Assembly (NCBI RefSeq): GCF_038025025.1
Contig: NW_027117348.1
Location: forward strand, 1,054,001 to 1,118,000
Reading direction: 5' to 3'
Length of the DNA: 64,000 bases
Origin: Phyllosticta citribraziliensis
Lineage: Eukaryota
Part shown: piece after piece, positions 48,665-60,316 of the stretch
Layout of the letters: every line of letters starts with the position of its first letter
Position numbering within the stretch: position 1 is the stretch's first letter
Translations under genes and position numbers: made by a program
Notes under the pieces: generated by a model
What the model was told of the DNA's origin: nothing
The model's input: only the letters and a program-made list of their open reading frames with translations
The model's database searches: none

Positions 48665-49600
48665 CTAGTCGTCCAGGTCTTCGATCTTTACCTTGACGTC
48701 TTCTTCTTCGTCCTTGATCTTGACGTCTTCTTCCTCGGTCTTGATGTCTTCCTCGTCCTCCTTCTTAATGGACGGCTGCTGATCGTTCCACGAGCTTTGG
48801 TAGTGTCGCGGCTGGTAACGATCGTTCCGCGGCTGAGGAAAGTTGCGCGGCTCATTGCGATAACTCCGCGGTTGATGGTAGCCCTGCTGTTGATAGCTCC
48901 GCGGCTGGGTGCTATGCTGCTGCTGCTGTTGACTGTTGCGCGGCTGCTGGGCGCGCGTCTGCTCGTCGTTCTGGGGCTGTGGACGAAGAGGGGTGTTCGC
49001 GTTGGACAACAGCTCCCGAGCCCTTGAAAATCTGTTGGCCGTCTCGTTGACGAACTCGTAGCCGGCCGAGGGACCTCCGAGTCCCGTTTTGTCGTTCATT
49101 GAGGCCGCGGGCTCCGTGTTGTATGCGGAGGCTGCTGGGGCAGTGGACCTCGCGGGCGCGGTAGTCCTTCGGTTGGCTACGTCTGAATAGCTCCGCGTCT
49201 GGTTGGGGGCCCTTCTGGGGCCAAGATACCACGCCGCCTGTGCTTCTTTGCTTCTGAGATGAGCCGGCAGACGGACGTGGGCGTGGCGCACGTAGAAGGC
49301 CAAGCGTGCATGGTGGCAAAAGTCGCCCGCGTGCTCGAAAGTGTGGCAGAATTGGCATCTGCGGTCACACTTGTTCCAGGAAGAACAGTGCTTCGGCTCG
49401 CGGCAGCGAACGCACCGTGTGGCGTAAAACTTCCTGGATTGCAACCTGTCAGAGCGCATACCTGGAATATCGAGAGAGAGGGGCGTAGTCACTTACTGAC
49501 GCCTGCCACTCTGGTAGTGGCCTTTGTTGTTGTTGTTGTTGTTGATGTTTGGCTTGTCGGGCGGCTTGTCGCCGCCACCAGATGCCATGGCTGCAGACAT
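48665..49600 (-). CDS. Double CCHC zinc-knuckle protein 1 (Q/Y/R-rich repeats, acidic [IV]KxE tail); intron 49434-49496
   Basis: Exon 1 GGGDKPPDKP...KGHY, then CVRCREPKHCSSWNKC-DRR-CQFCHTFEHAGDFC. Confidence 0.75.
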
Positions 49601-49984
49601 GGTGATGTTGCAGTCTGGCGTGTCGATTGTGGTGGAGAGGAAGAGAGAGGAAGAGGAAAATTTTGGAGTCAGAGTGCGACCAGCTCGGGGGCAAGCGGGT
49701 GCCGCGCCGGGCAGGAGCAAGAGCGGACGCACTTTTGTCTCATGGGTCTGCCACCACCGGCAGACAGCACACAAGAACATCACGGGACCAAGGCCCTTTG
49801 CTATCCATATCGACAGCCTTGGATGCATTCATCATCCACCATGAGGCACGGTCGAGGAGCATTCGACTGCTGAACACCTCTACCGCAGACGATCCATGGA
49901 GAAACCAGGAAACAGAGGCAATCCAAATGGCTGCTTCTTTCACAGGCATTTGACATCACCATTGGGCAGCCAGCATCGTCACCC

Positions 49985-50127
49985 ACGAACGAAACAGGTA
50001 CGGCCATGGGCTCATCACTATCGTTCTGTGAAAGAACTCCATTTGAGCTAACTACCTCTCCAGTTTGCTACCGCACTCGAAACCCGTTACTTCGACTGCT
50101 TCGCGCTGTGTACTGAGGCCGTTGTGC
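49985..50127 (+). repeat. Dispersed ~140-bp direct repeat, copy 1
   Basis: AACAGGTAC..CCATGGGC...AAGAACT.CATTTGAG...CTACCGCACTCGAA...CTTCGACT.CTTCGCGC.GTGTACTGAGGC, shared with 51955-52096. Confidence 0.85.
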
Positions 50128-50193
50128 ACCATCGGAAATGCATGCAACGGCAAGATTGCCCTTGAGGCTGTCAAGAAGCATGTCGTGGGCTTC

Positions 50194-51561
50194 TTACCAG
50201 GCATACTGGTACCTCTCCGCCTCAGAACCAGTGTCGGTACCTCCAATGTGAGGACCCTCGACGTCGACCAATGCCATCGACACCAGCTCAGAGACAACAT
50301 CTCCTCCCTCCTCCTCGCCTTCGTCCTCGCCTTCCTTCAACTCGTCGCTGTCGTAGCCCTGGCTGCTGTTTTCATAATCTCTATCCCAGTCCTCGCTGGC
50401 GGACTCGTCGCATCCCCAGACGCTGAAGGCCTTGAGGTTGGGAGGCTCCTGCTCGTGCGTGCCTTTTTCAACTTCATCGTTCTCGTCCATGCTGACGTCG
50501 GCGTCGCCCTTCTCCTCTTCGGTATCCTCGTCCATCTTGCTGTTGGCACCGTCCGTGTCGCTGTCTTTCTCCTCGTCGATGCTACCCGCGGAGTCGTTCG
50601 CCATGGAATGCGCCCAGCACTCAGCATGCTCGTTCCCCAAATGCTCATGTTTGCTCTGACAATACGTCTTCTTCTCCTGCTTGACAAGTTGACCAAAGAA
50701 GGAGCCATCTCGGACATCGCCTTTCTTGCAGTGGTCCCCGATTGGAACCCCCCAGTATCTCTGGAGCTCAATTGCACAGCTTTCCTCCCGCGTGGATTGG
50801 ATTGCGCCCGGCAAGTCAAGGTAGAACACGTACCAGAAGAAGTCGCACATCCTGTCTTCCCGATGCAGTGCTGACATGGCGCGGTAGCACACCAGGAGTG
50901 AAGGCATGAGCTTGCCAGTGGGATCGCCCTCCTTGCCAACCTTGCGCCAGTTGACGATTTCGTAGAGGCAGTCAAAAGTGTCGTTGCGAAAGTCACGGAT
51001 GTGGTAGCGGCGGCCGAAGATGTAGGCTTCCAGGAACTTTGCCTCGGGCTGGCGATAGTAGAAGGACGCGTTTGACTCGGACTCATCGGTGTCGGCAGGG
51101 GATGGTGTAGTCAAGAGAGGCTTGGTGTCGGGAAGATTTCCCGAGTATGCCCAGTCGAGGAAGATGGCAAACGTCTGCGGCTGGACGTCGCGCAAAGTGA
51201 TTGTCGTAAGCGAAAATTGGGTGGGTTGGGCGGCGCTGCCGTTGTCCTGCTGACTTCCCTGCTGCGACGCTTCACCGTTGTCGATGAGGTTGCGCAGCTC
51301 CGACGACCAGAAGCGCAAGATGTCGGCGTGGCACATGATGGTCCTGTTGGCGTGACGCGGAAAGACGACGGCGACGAGCTCGTTGGCTCTCAAGAGCCCA
51401 TTGCTGGCACGTGTCAGCGCTTGAGTTTGAGTGTGAAAGAAGTTCAGCGATTACCTGAAGGATGGAGCATTCTGACGCGACGTCTTGAGACTCTCTCGGT
51501 CGAAACCCTCTTCGCCGAAGCCGCGGATAGAAGCGCTCATGGTTGGGCGTTGCGGCGCCAT
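50194..51561 (-). CDS. BTB/POZ-like domain protein with acidic tail, one 5' intron
   Basis: IMCHADILRFWSSEL, ITLRDVQPQTFAIFLDWAYSG, FLEAYIFGRRYHIRDFRND, YCQSKHEH: pattern typical of expanded fungal BTB proteins. Confidence 0.75.
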
Positions 51562-51954
51562 GGTGAGAGGTGTGGTTGGTGTTTGGTTGTGGCTCTGTCA
51601 GTTGCGCGGCGCGGCAGAAAATGTTGGTGGGAGGGTAGAGGGTAAAGAAGCGAAGGTGACAGCACATGCTACAGCTTTGGGGAAAGCTCTCGGGCGCTGT
51701 AGGCGTTTGACGAGCTGGCGGACCTTTCTACGCCAGTCACTTCGCAGTTCTCGGCACTGCAAATAGTATGCGACAACCAAACGCGCCCAGTCATGATCCG
51801 AGAGCCTACAGCACAGAGCAGTACGCTCCAAGGCCCCATGAAGGAAAAATGACACTGACACAAAGCCTAGGGGCCGCAAGATTGGGGCATCCACGTTCGA
51901 AACCTCTATATTATTCAATCAAGACACTTTACGACAACACTTGATTCCTCCCGC

Positions 51955-52096
51955 CAACGAACGCAACAGGTACAACCATGGGCCAGTGATGATCTTTCTG
52001 AAGAACTTCATTTGAGTTGACTGCCGCTCTACTTTTCTACCGCACTCGAACCCCTTTCCTTCGACTACTTCGCGCCGTGTACTGAGGCGATTGCGT
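51955..52096 (+). repeat. Dispersed ~140-bp direct repeat, copy 2
   Basis: Matches copy 1 at 49985-50127. Confidence 0.85.
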
Positions 52097-52311
52097 GAGA
52101 CCGAAAAAAGCATCTCTGACCTCTCGTCAGGAGTGCAAAAAGGAAGACTCCGAGCTATCATCAGGAGTGAAAAAAGACTCCAACTCCAACCTCTCGTCAG
52201 GAGCGAACAGCGTGACATCGAGTGGTCAGCAGAGATGAACATGCGGTTGAGCTGTTATCAGAGGTCAACGTTGTGCGTTTGAGCTGTCATCAGCGGCAAA
52301 GAACGTACCTT

Positions 52312-53238
52312 CTAATCTTCGAAAGCGTCGAGGTATTTGGCCACATCCTCTGCCGTGTCGATGTCCTTGTCCGCCTCGCTGCCTTGGTCCTGGTTGACTG
52401 GAGGAGCAGGACGTTGATCTTGTTGGTCGCGGCCCCGTTGCTGTTGCGAACCGCCTCTGCCTTGGGAGCCTCCGCGTCCGCCACGCGAGGCACCTCCACG
52501 TCCGCCTCCACGCGAATTACCTCCACGGGAACTGCGGCTGCGTGAGCGACCGCCCTGTTGCTGGAGGGGAGCCGCGATTCGACTTGTCAGGGACTGGGCG
52601 GGAGTCGCTGGCAGGCCTTCCTGAGTCTGGACGGGGAATGTAAATGGAACCCCCAAAAAGAAATTCGGCCCCGCCTGGTTCATTGCGTGGATAGCAAACT
52701 GCGCAAGCGCCGCCGCTCCAATGTTCGCAAGGAAAGGGTTTCCAGCCTGGTCAGCGGCGACTGGGGCGATTGGGGCGGCAGCGGCTTGGGCGAGTCGGCC
52801 GTTGTTCGACTTGGCCACCGGCGTACTAGCTACGCGGGGCAAGTTGGCGTCGGCTTTGTTATTGCTCGGCTTGGTTATTGCTCGGCTTGCCAGTAAAGGT
52901 CCTCGGAGTGCCGTCAACCCGAAACAAAATGCCGCCGTAACGTCGAAAAAAGCTGAGCGGCTTTTCTGGGCATGTAAGACCCTCGTGTTCCCACAGGCCG
53001 CAGTGGAAACATCGCTCGTTACATTCCCACCAGGAGCAGCCGTGCCTGGGCTCGCCGCAGCGGGCGCAGCGTTGTTTCCAGCCGCTGTTTAAGCGCGGTC
53101 ATGTCAGAATGCTGAGCCGCGGGTGAAAGGTGCGTGTACTTACATCTCGCGCTCGCCGTAGTGCTCCTTATTAGGAGGCTTGTTGTAGGGTTTGTCTGGC
53201 GGTTTTCCACCGCCTCCGATGGTCTGGGCCTTTGGCAT
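52312..53238 (-). pseudogene. Double CCHC zinc-knuckle/RGG gene 2, frameshifted by a 16-bp tandem duplication; intron 53085-53143
   Basis: Exon 1 MPKAQTIGGGGKPPDKPYN...EHY; exon 2 CARCGEPRHGCSWWEC-NER-CFHCGLWEHEGLTC, then stop at 52859-52861. GTTATTGCTCGGCTTG occurs twice at 52858-52889; removing one copy fuses the frame to the RGG-rich ORF ending at 52312. Confidence 0.78.
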
Positions 53239-55051
53239 CGTGTAGGCAAAGGTCGAGATGTTGGGTGTTGAGGAGAGGAAGGGAGGCCGTATTTTTGAAA
53301 GTGCAACGCCGGCGGGCCCAGGCGAGCGGAGCCGAAGACAGCACCAGCCTCAGGCAAATGGCGTTCACTTGGGCGGTCCGCAGAAGATGTGCCTGCCGTG
53401 GCGTGACAATGAGTATGCAGCAACCAAGCACGCGCCATCCGAAACTGGGAAGCTTCCTGTGCTTCCAAAAGGGTACCAGAGTTCCAGGGCCTACAGGGCC
53501 TACGTCACAAAATGGTACGTTCCAGAAGCCTACAATGGGCTTTTTACATTGACGAGAAACATAGGGAAGGGCGCAATTGCAGCATCCTCTTTCGAAACCT
53601 CTAGATCATTCAACCGGAAAACTATCCGACAACATCCGACGCCCATCAGCCACGGCCAATACGCCTAGTCTCGGTGAACTCCCTCCTGCGCGACGACCAG
53701 TACGAAGACCTCCGCTGAGGGCTACCACAGCCGTCCATGGAACAAGGAAAGAAGGGTCCAACCATATCCGGCCAGTCGAAACAATCGTCGAAATCATGCC
53801 ATGACGATTCTTGCCAAGACAAACTTCCAAGATCATGGTCAAATCTGTCGCAAGAAGGCTCGGGTCGCGAATCCAGCCTATCTGAAACCCTCTGGCACAA
53901 AGACTCAAGGCGTTCCATTGTGTCCAGTAGTCGGCTCTGGGGGACTTCGGCAGAGCCGTCCCGGCTTGGTTCTCCTGAAGCTGGACGTCCTCCTGGGTTT
54001 ACGCGAGCTACCGTGCCTGGATCCGGTTGTTCAGCCTGAGCCTCTCCTCCAGGTTGATTGGGCCTCGCGTCTCTGTTCTCTTCGGGAGGCGTCTGGTCGT
54101 TATTGGGTGCTGGCGGAAGATCTCTTCCTGAATCTTCTCGGTGTCGGGAAGTGCGGTAAGAGCATCTGCGGTGGCAGTAGGATTCGTCGCGGCTGGATTG
54201 ATGGCGATGAAAATGCTCGCTGACGTGCTCAGTGTTTCCTCCAACTCTGGAAAAGTCTCAGCTGCTGGAAATTGTCGGCGCTTTTTAACTGACCGCTTAT
54301 GGAATGTACGTGAGTACATGTCCTGATAAGTTCCTCCGCGACAGGAGCGCCGATAACCTTCGCCATGCGGTGGGGCTGGAGGAGAAGGCATGATTTCAGC
54401 GAAGGGAGAGATCTGGGGACACGCACAGTTCTCAGCAGAAGTTCAGTCTGAGGCGCTTCCTTTTGAGGTGATAAAAGGACGAAGGTGGTGGCAAAAAGCT
54501 AACAGTGTTCCGAGGTCAGTCGAATCAAAAGCGGTCGCTTGCCGCGCGTTCATTACAACTACTAGATCTAAGCCGTTGTACTGGCCAACTCCTTCTATCT
54601 ACAAACAACACAACGCAACATGATACAAGGGCGGTACAAAGGCTTGGGGAAGACAACGGTTTGTGGAGAAGACGCGGCGCATGCAGGGACTAAGGCCAGA
54701 GGGAACAGGGAGCATTCGTTCGCTTTGGCTGGTACTGAAACCAGGAGACTTTCGTCACTGTTGGTCATACGACAGGGGTCCGTTGGTTGATGCCAACCCC
54801 CAACATCCCTCTAGAGGAAGCTCCAACAGGACGCAAAATTGGCGCGCAGTCGGTCAGCCCTGGTCATTTTGAGAATTCGGAGAAGTATCCTGGTTCCGCG
54901 CGTCCGACAATCTTCACTTAAGTTGAAAATATGAATAAACAAAAGCCGAAACGATGATTGGGTACACAACAGACTGCGATCGAACAATCAGGGAGCATCC
55001 ATCCTCCACAAAAGCAGACTTCTCATGTCAATTTCTTGAGTCCGCGTCCCA

Positions 55052-55903
55052 TCAAACCAACTTGTTTGTCTCCAGAAAATCGACCCAGCCAGTACATGAC
55101 ATGTTCCAGTGGTCACCGGAAGGAGAGCCGCCAGGAGCGATGTCAAAGTGGACGTGGTAGTCGCAAGCGTTTGCTAACAACGACTCAGGGGCTTCGGCCT
55201 GATGTCTGCCTGAGGAATTCTCGATAAAGTCCCGAAGTACTTGTGGGTACAGGCTCCGTCTCATCTCAAGCATTTCGGGCGATAGTTCCTTGTATCTGGC
55301 CTCTGCCCTAATATACACACGCAAGAAAAATTTGAAGGGCGGATTCTGGAAACTAGGCAACCTGAAAGCTTTGTCGACCAAGAAGTAAATAGGGATCATT
55401 TCACCGTCTTCGTACACCTTGCACAAGCGTGTCATGATGAGATTACAGAAAACTGGAGCACCGAGTTTCCAGCCGAGAAAATATGAGTCGATAGCGTCAG
55501 AGGTATTGTCGAAGACGGGGAGTCGGAAGTATTTCATCCACTCCGAGAGGATCTTGAAAGATGCCACCGAGTATTCTCCCAAATCGTACGCCGGGCTGAG
55601 ATGTTCTTGGGGCACCGGAGGAATCAAGAACAGTCTGTGCAAGCTGAAGCACCAGTATCTCATGAGTCTTTCGTCGCAACTCTGTCTCACACGGTCTTGA
55701 AGTCTCACTGTAATCAGTGTGTTCCCTTCCCTGGCGAAAATTAGCAAGCATGTTTTGAGGAGAAGCATAAGCTGATTTCAGTACCTGTAAGTTGGGGCAT
55801 TTTGCATCATCAGTGTTGAAAACTCCTGGGGTCGTCCGATCTGGGTGGCACAACGCTTCTCGCGCGTATCGCAAGGGAGAGTCTCCCGTTCCTCGATGGA
55901 CAT
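55052..55903 (-). CDS. Divergent BTB/POZ-like protein, one 5' intron
   Basis: YDLGEYSVASFKILSEWM, IDSYFLGWKLGAPVFCNLIM, ACDYHVH. Confidence 0.65.
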
Positions 55904-56370
55904 CTTGTTTTTGCAATGAGAAAATCCACAGGGGAGAAGCTTTTGACAGATTCCATGGGAACACACTCCAAAGGTACTTAAATTCCGGGCGTTCTCGCTC
56001 CGAAACCCACGAGGGGTCGAGGACACCGATTCTGTTTACACAGCGTGTTTCAAACAGCGCGGCTAGGAGTTGAAGGAAGCTGAGTTTCAAGGCGATTCAC
56101 TTGGATCCAGTGAGATTTCCATCTGGCTGTTGGGAGGTGGATCGGCGACTGTTGGTCACTTGGGTGAATACCTACCCAGACTCGTGGAGTGGTTTCAGCG
56201 CATACAAGGGAGTGAACTCACACATCAGGTTTCAATAGCCTTGATGAGCAAAGGAGGTCAAGACCTTCCACATCATCTTGTCACAGCGTGGAATCATCTA
56301 CGACAGCTGCAGTGATATGATGATGGGATGAATTGAAGGTTTCTTGATGCAGACAGCGTCTGGACCGTCT

Positions 56371-57284
56371 CTATCCGCAAAGTCCAACCTCCAGGCGTTG
56401 CTGATGCCGAGTCCAGTTCCTCCTGATGTCATTGCCCTTCAGAAAGTGTGTGTGGTACCGACAGATGTGACGAGTAAAAGAGTCAGGCGCTGGAAGGTCG
56501 TCGGCGTAATGCAGGCGCATGACGATCCTCTGCATGTACGCGTCTTTAAAGACTCTACCGTCCAAAAGTACGCGCAACCTTTCCATTTCTTGCGCGTGGT
56601 CTGATTGTGGCTTTCGATACCACGACTGTACCAGGAACTTGCACATCGGGTTCCTGAAGTGGAGGAAGTTGAACGCTTGGTAAAACGCACAAAATGGAGG
56701 AGGAAGAACGTCAGGCGGGTCGTAGATTGCCGCGATGTGGCTCATCAGTTGGTTCGTGAAAACGACCGCTCCGAGACGCCAGCCCAGGCTGTATGCTTCA
56801 AACAAGGCGACCTCGTCGTGCATGTCGGTCGCAACTACGTCCGGAGACCACCTGTCTGAACGGGTCTTGATGAATGGTAGTCGAAAGTCCAGTACCCAGT
56901 GGTGGAAAATTCTGAAGGCCGAGAATGAGAACTCTCGCAGGTCGAGGCTGAATCCTTCGGCGCCTTGATGGTCCAGGACGATTCGTTCGCGATGGAGAAG
57001 TGCTCCGCCAACGTTCAAACACCAGTATTCGAATGCCTTACGCTATATGACACCGTGCTCGCCATTGGACAGGTTCACTCGTACTTGTAAAGAGTCGAAC
57101 TTGTAGTCGCTGCCGTGACAATGTTAATTAGAGTCCATGTGACTGAGTCCAGGAGATTGAAGTACCTCCCGGCCTTTGGAGGATCCTTCAGCATGCGGGC
57201 ATTGAAATCATCCTCCACGCGTGTCTTGACACAACATCGACTGTATGTGTAGTGATAAGGCGGTTCCCCTGTAGGCGTAGGCAT
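56371..57284 (-). pseudogene. BTB/POZ-like paralogue with in-frame TAG at 57043-57045
   Basis: LDLREFSFSAFRIFHHWV, LFEAYSLGWRLGAVVFTNQLM, ICRYHTH. The exon-2 frame reads GEHGVI*RKAFEYWC. Confidence 0.6.
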
Positions 57285-57732
57285 AACGGCTTGGCAAGGT
57301 TGCTGAAGATTTTCGCAGCAGTAATGATTTGATGGTAGAGTTGATCTGTTGAGAAAGGTATGCCTTGAGCGGACAGATGATGGAGTACCACCAGCTTCTT
57401 GCCGCAAATCATCCAGCTTTGAGCCAAGTGTGGGAAGGATGGAGCCTCGTACATGTCGAGAAAATTGAGGAGGCGCCACCCAGCATTCGGAAAGATCGAA
57501 CAGCACGAGACAATAAGCGATGAACTTATCGAAAACGGACCAGTTACGCGTGCCAACATCGTCGTAATGCTCTGCGCGGTGATGCTCCAGGTTCAGTCCA
57601 GGTTCCGCAGCCCCCGAATCTAACGAGCCCCCTACAAACTGCGGACAGTGACCTTGGAACCACGCCACTCGGTTACAGGATCGCAACTCCCACTTGTTTA
57701 AGGTCCGCAGCAGATCAACAATCCGTTCATCG

Positions 57733-58575
57733 TCAAAGCCTCCGTGGCTTGTTCATCCCCGCAGGACGGAATGCCGAATTCGCCCCATCAATCATCTGTA
57801 TGTCCTGGTCTTGAGGATGCTTCGTCTCTTCTTCGTTGCCATGATCTACCAGCATGCAATACGTGTAATGAAAAAGTCTCCACGGCACACAGTCATGTTT
57901 TTCTAGCCAGAACGAGACCGGATCCATGGACGCAAACAAATCGATGACCTCGTAGATGGTTTCTGGGCTGGGTGAGAGATGCTGGATTGCTTTCAAGACA
58001 AACGATGGATTTGGCCGGAAGTTTTCGAGTTCCACGTACATATCGAAGATTCTGAAAAAACATCTTTGACGAAAGTGTGGGCCCTCAGCAAGCGGCCGCA
58101 GACGTAGGCTTCAAAATCTGCGGCTTCAGAGTCCATGCTGTAATACTCGCGCCGTTTGAACACTGGCAGTCTGTTTTCATAGTACCAGAACCGCAATATT
58201 TGCAGTCCGCAAAAGGAGACTGGGAGGTCAATTGTCCCAAGTCCGTGAGTTGCTCTCAGTCTTTCCAACAGCTCAGGGCATGAATGTTCGAAGAAAGACT
58301 TGTGTAGGTAGAGAAAGGAGCAATTTTTGACATTCAAAATTCGTATTCGAATGATTTCATACTGACTCAAATCGCGGCTGAACTCATGTCAGTGTAACAT
58401 TTTATGGCGAATGGAGCAGTCCTGATTACCTTTCATCCCAATGGACAACTTTGATGTACGTTGCATTTCCAATGGGACGAATTGATTGATGTTCCCACTT
58501 CTCGTTGACGGGAACGCGGCCGTTCTGGACCGTCTTCCATCTCTCCACATTGTGCTGGATATTTGGATACCCCAT
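57733..58575 (-). pseudogene. BTB/POZ-like paralogue split by a frameshift at an A6/T6 run (58055-58060)
   Basis: LYLHKSFF, IDLPVSFCGLQILRFWYY, DFEAYVCGRLL. ORFs 57993-58370 and 57733-58041 would fuse if the run were one base longer (DVFFRIFDMY). Confidence 0.55.
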
Positions 58576-59564
58576 GGAGAATCGCGTTGAGTTGCTGAAG
58601 GACGGAGGCTGAAGGACGAAGAAAGGATACAAAGAAGGGAAGATCGAGGTCGAGAGAAGAAGAGAGAACGCGCCGCGCATTTGCACTTGAAAACGATTAA
58701 ACACAAGGCAGATGCCAAAAGCCGAGCCACGCCAACATCTGCCATTTGTGACTGACGATACATTTTCGAGGAAGTGTTGATTGGCTATGGATCTTTGCTC
58801 CTGGGCGCGCGCTTGCTGTGCCACACACGGATGCGTGCACCCCACGACGGACAGTGGCGAAGTCGAAATTGAACTTGAATATTTCGCCGATTCTCGTTTG
58901 CTGTGATTTTGGCCAATCTTCCGTCGGCATTCTCAATGAATCGTCGCGGCGAGGTGGGTTGTCTGTTGCACTCGAGGTTGTCTTCCGGGAGGGGTGTCTA
59001 TCGTTTCCCTGCTTCTCGTTTGCTTCAGGCTGGGGGCATCTGTAATGGCACATGACTGCTCCTTGGGGGTCGCTGAACAGCGGATGAATTCCCCCTCAAC
59101 GTCGCTAGAATGGCAGATGAATGCTCCCTGGGCGCAACAATGTGTGCCGTCTCAACTCTTTTGGCACCCACTGCGAGGCCGTAAAGCTCGATTTTGCGAC
59201 CAGTGTTTCTTGAGCGTCCCGCAAGCATCCATGCTCTGCTGTTCCAGCGAGTAATGTTGGAGGTTACTATGTTGTTGAATCAGAAGAGCTTGATGATACG
59301 GGTTGATTGGCGTTACCCATGCTGAAGAGAAGAAAGCGGCGGTGGTTGGTTATATTGATAGCGACCGAGTTCGTTTTCTGCTGGGCGATTGTCGTTACAT
59401 GGCCTCCAAGACCCTGGCTGATTTTTCCGTGAAGTGTTTGTGCGGTTGTGCTGCCGTTCCTGCTGGCGCGGCGGCGGCTCGTGCCCTGCCGGCATTTTCG
59501 CACTTTGACTTCAAAACATTGCTTCTACCCTCAACACCCAACACCATACTTTTGACACGCTAAC

Positions 59565-60316
59565 ATGCCAAAAGTTCAGACCATCGGTGGCGGTGGGAGA
59601 CCACCCCGCAAACCTTACAATCAGGCCCCGTACAAGGGCCACTACGCCCAGCGTGACGTTCCTCCGCCTGAGAGGTAAGTGCACACACAGTTCACCAGCT
59701 GGCCAGCATACTGACATGAGATGAATACAACAGAGGCTGGAAAAACAGCTGCATCCGTTGCGGCGAGCCCAAGCACGAGGACACCAAGTGGTGGCAATGC
59801 ACCGGACGGTGTTACTTCTGCGGCTTGTGGGACCACCAGGGCAAGTGGTGTTCTCTGAGGGGACCCAAGTGGTATCGTCGCTACGGCGGTTGGGATGGGG
59901 AGAGTTACCATCCAGTATGGAACCCCAACCCCGATGATGGTGAAGCAGACCATCAGACGTCCCATGTTGGTTCACGGCACCAACGCGACTCCAATGTTGG
60001 TGAAGAGGGCCAGCATTCCTACAGCCATTTTGCCGAGTCCAGCGTCGGCAACGCCCCAGTTGGCGGCGGACTGACTTCGATTGATACCGATGCATCATCG
60101 AGGCTTTTGATCCAGTTCCTGGGCTCAATACTTCTGCAGTGGGGGCAGCAGCAGCAGCCTCAGACCGGTCAGCCAGAGGCACCTACTCGGACTTGGGGCA
60201 GTCTTACAGCGGCTCTACCTTACCCAGAAGGTGAAAACTCACGTGGTAGAGGCAGAGGTAGAGGTGGAGGTAGAGGCAGAGGTGGCAAAGGTGGCAGACA
60301 CTCCCGAGGCTCGTAA
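59565..60316 (+). CDS. Double CCHC zinc-knuckle/RGG protein 3; intron 59675-59733
   Basis: Exon 1 MPKVQTIGGGGRPPRKPYN...KGHY; exon 2 CIRCGEPKHEDTKWWQC-TGR-CYFCGLWDHQGKWC; C-terminus RGRGRGRGGGRGRGGKGGR. Confidence 0.8.

Noticed and set aside
53600..54400. Minus-strand ORFs 54008-54391 and 53606-53918
   Set aside because: Possibly an orphan gene, but there is no motif or reliable model to support a call.
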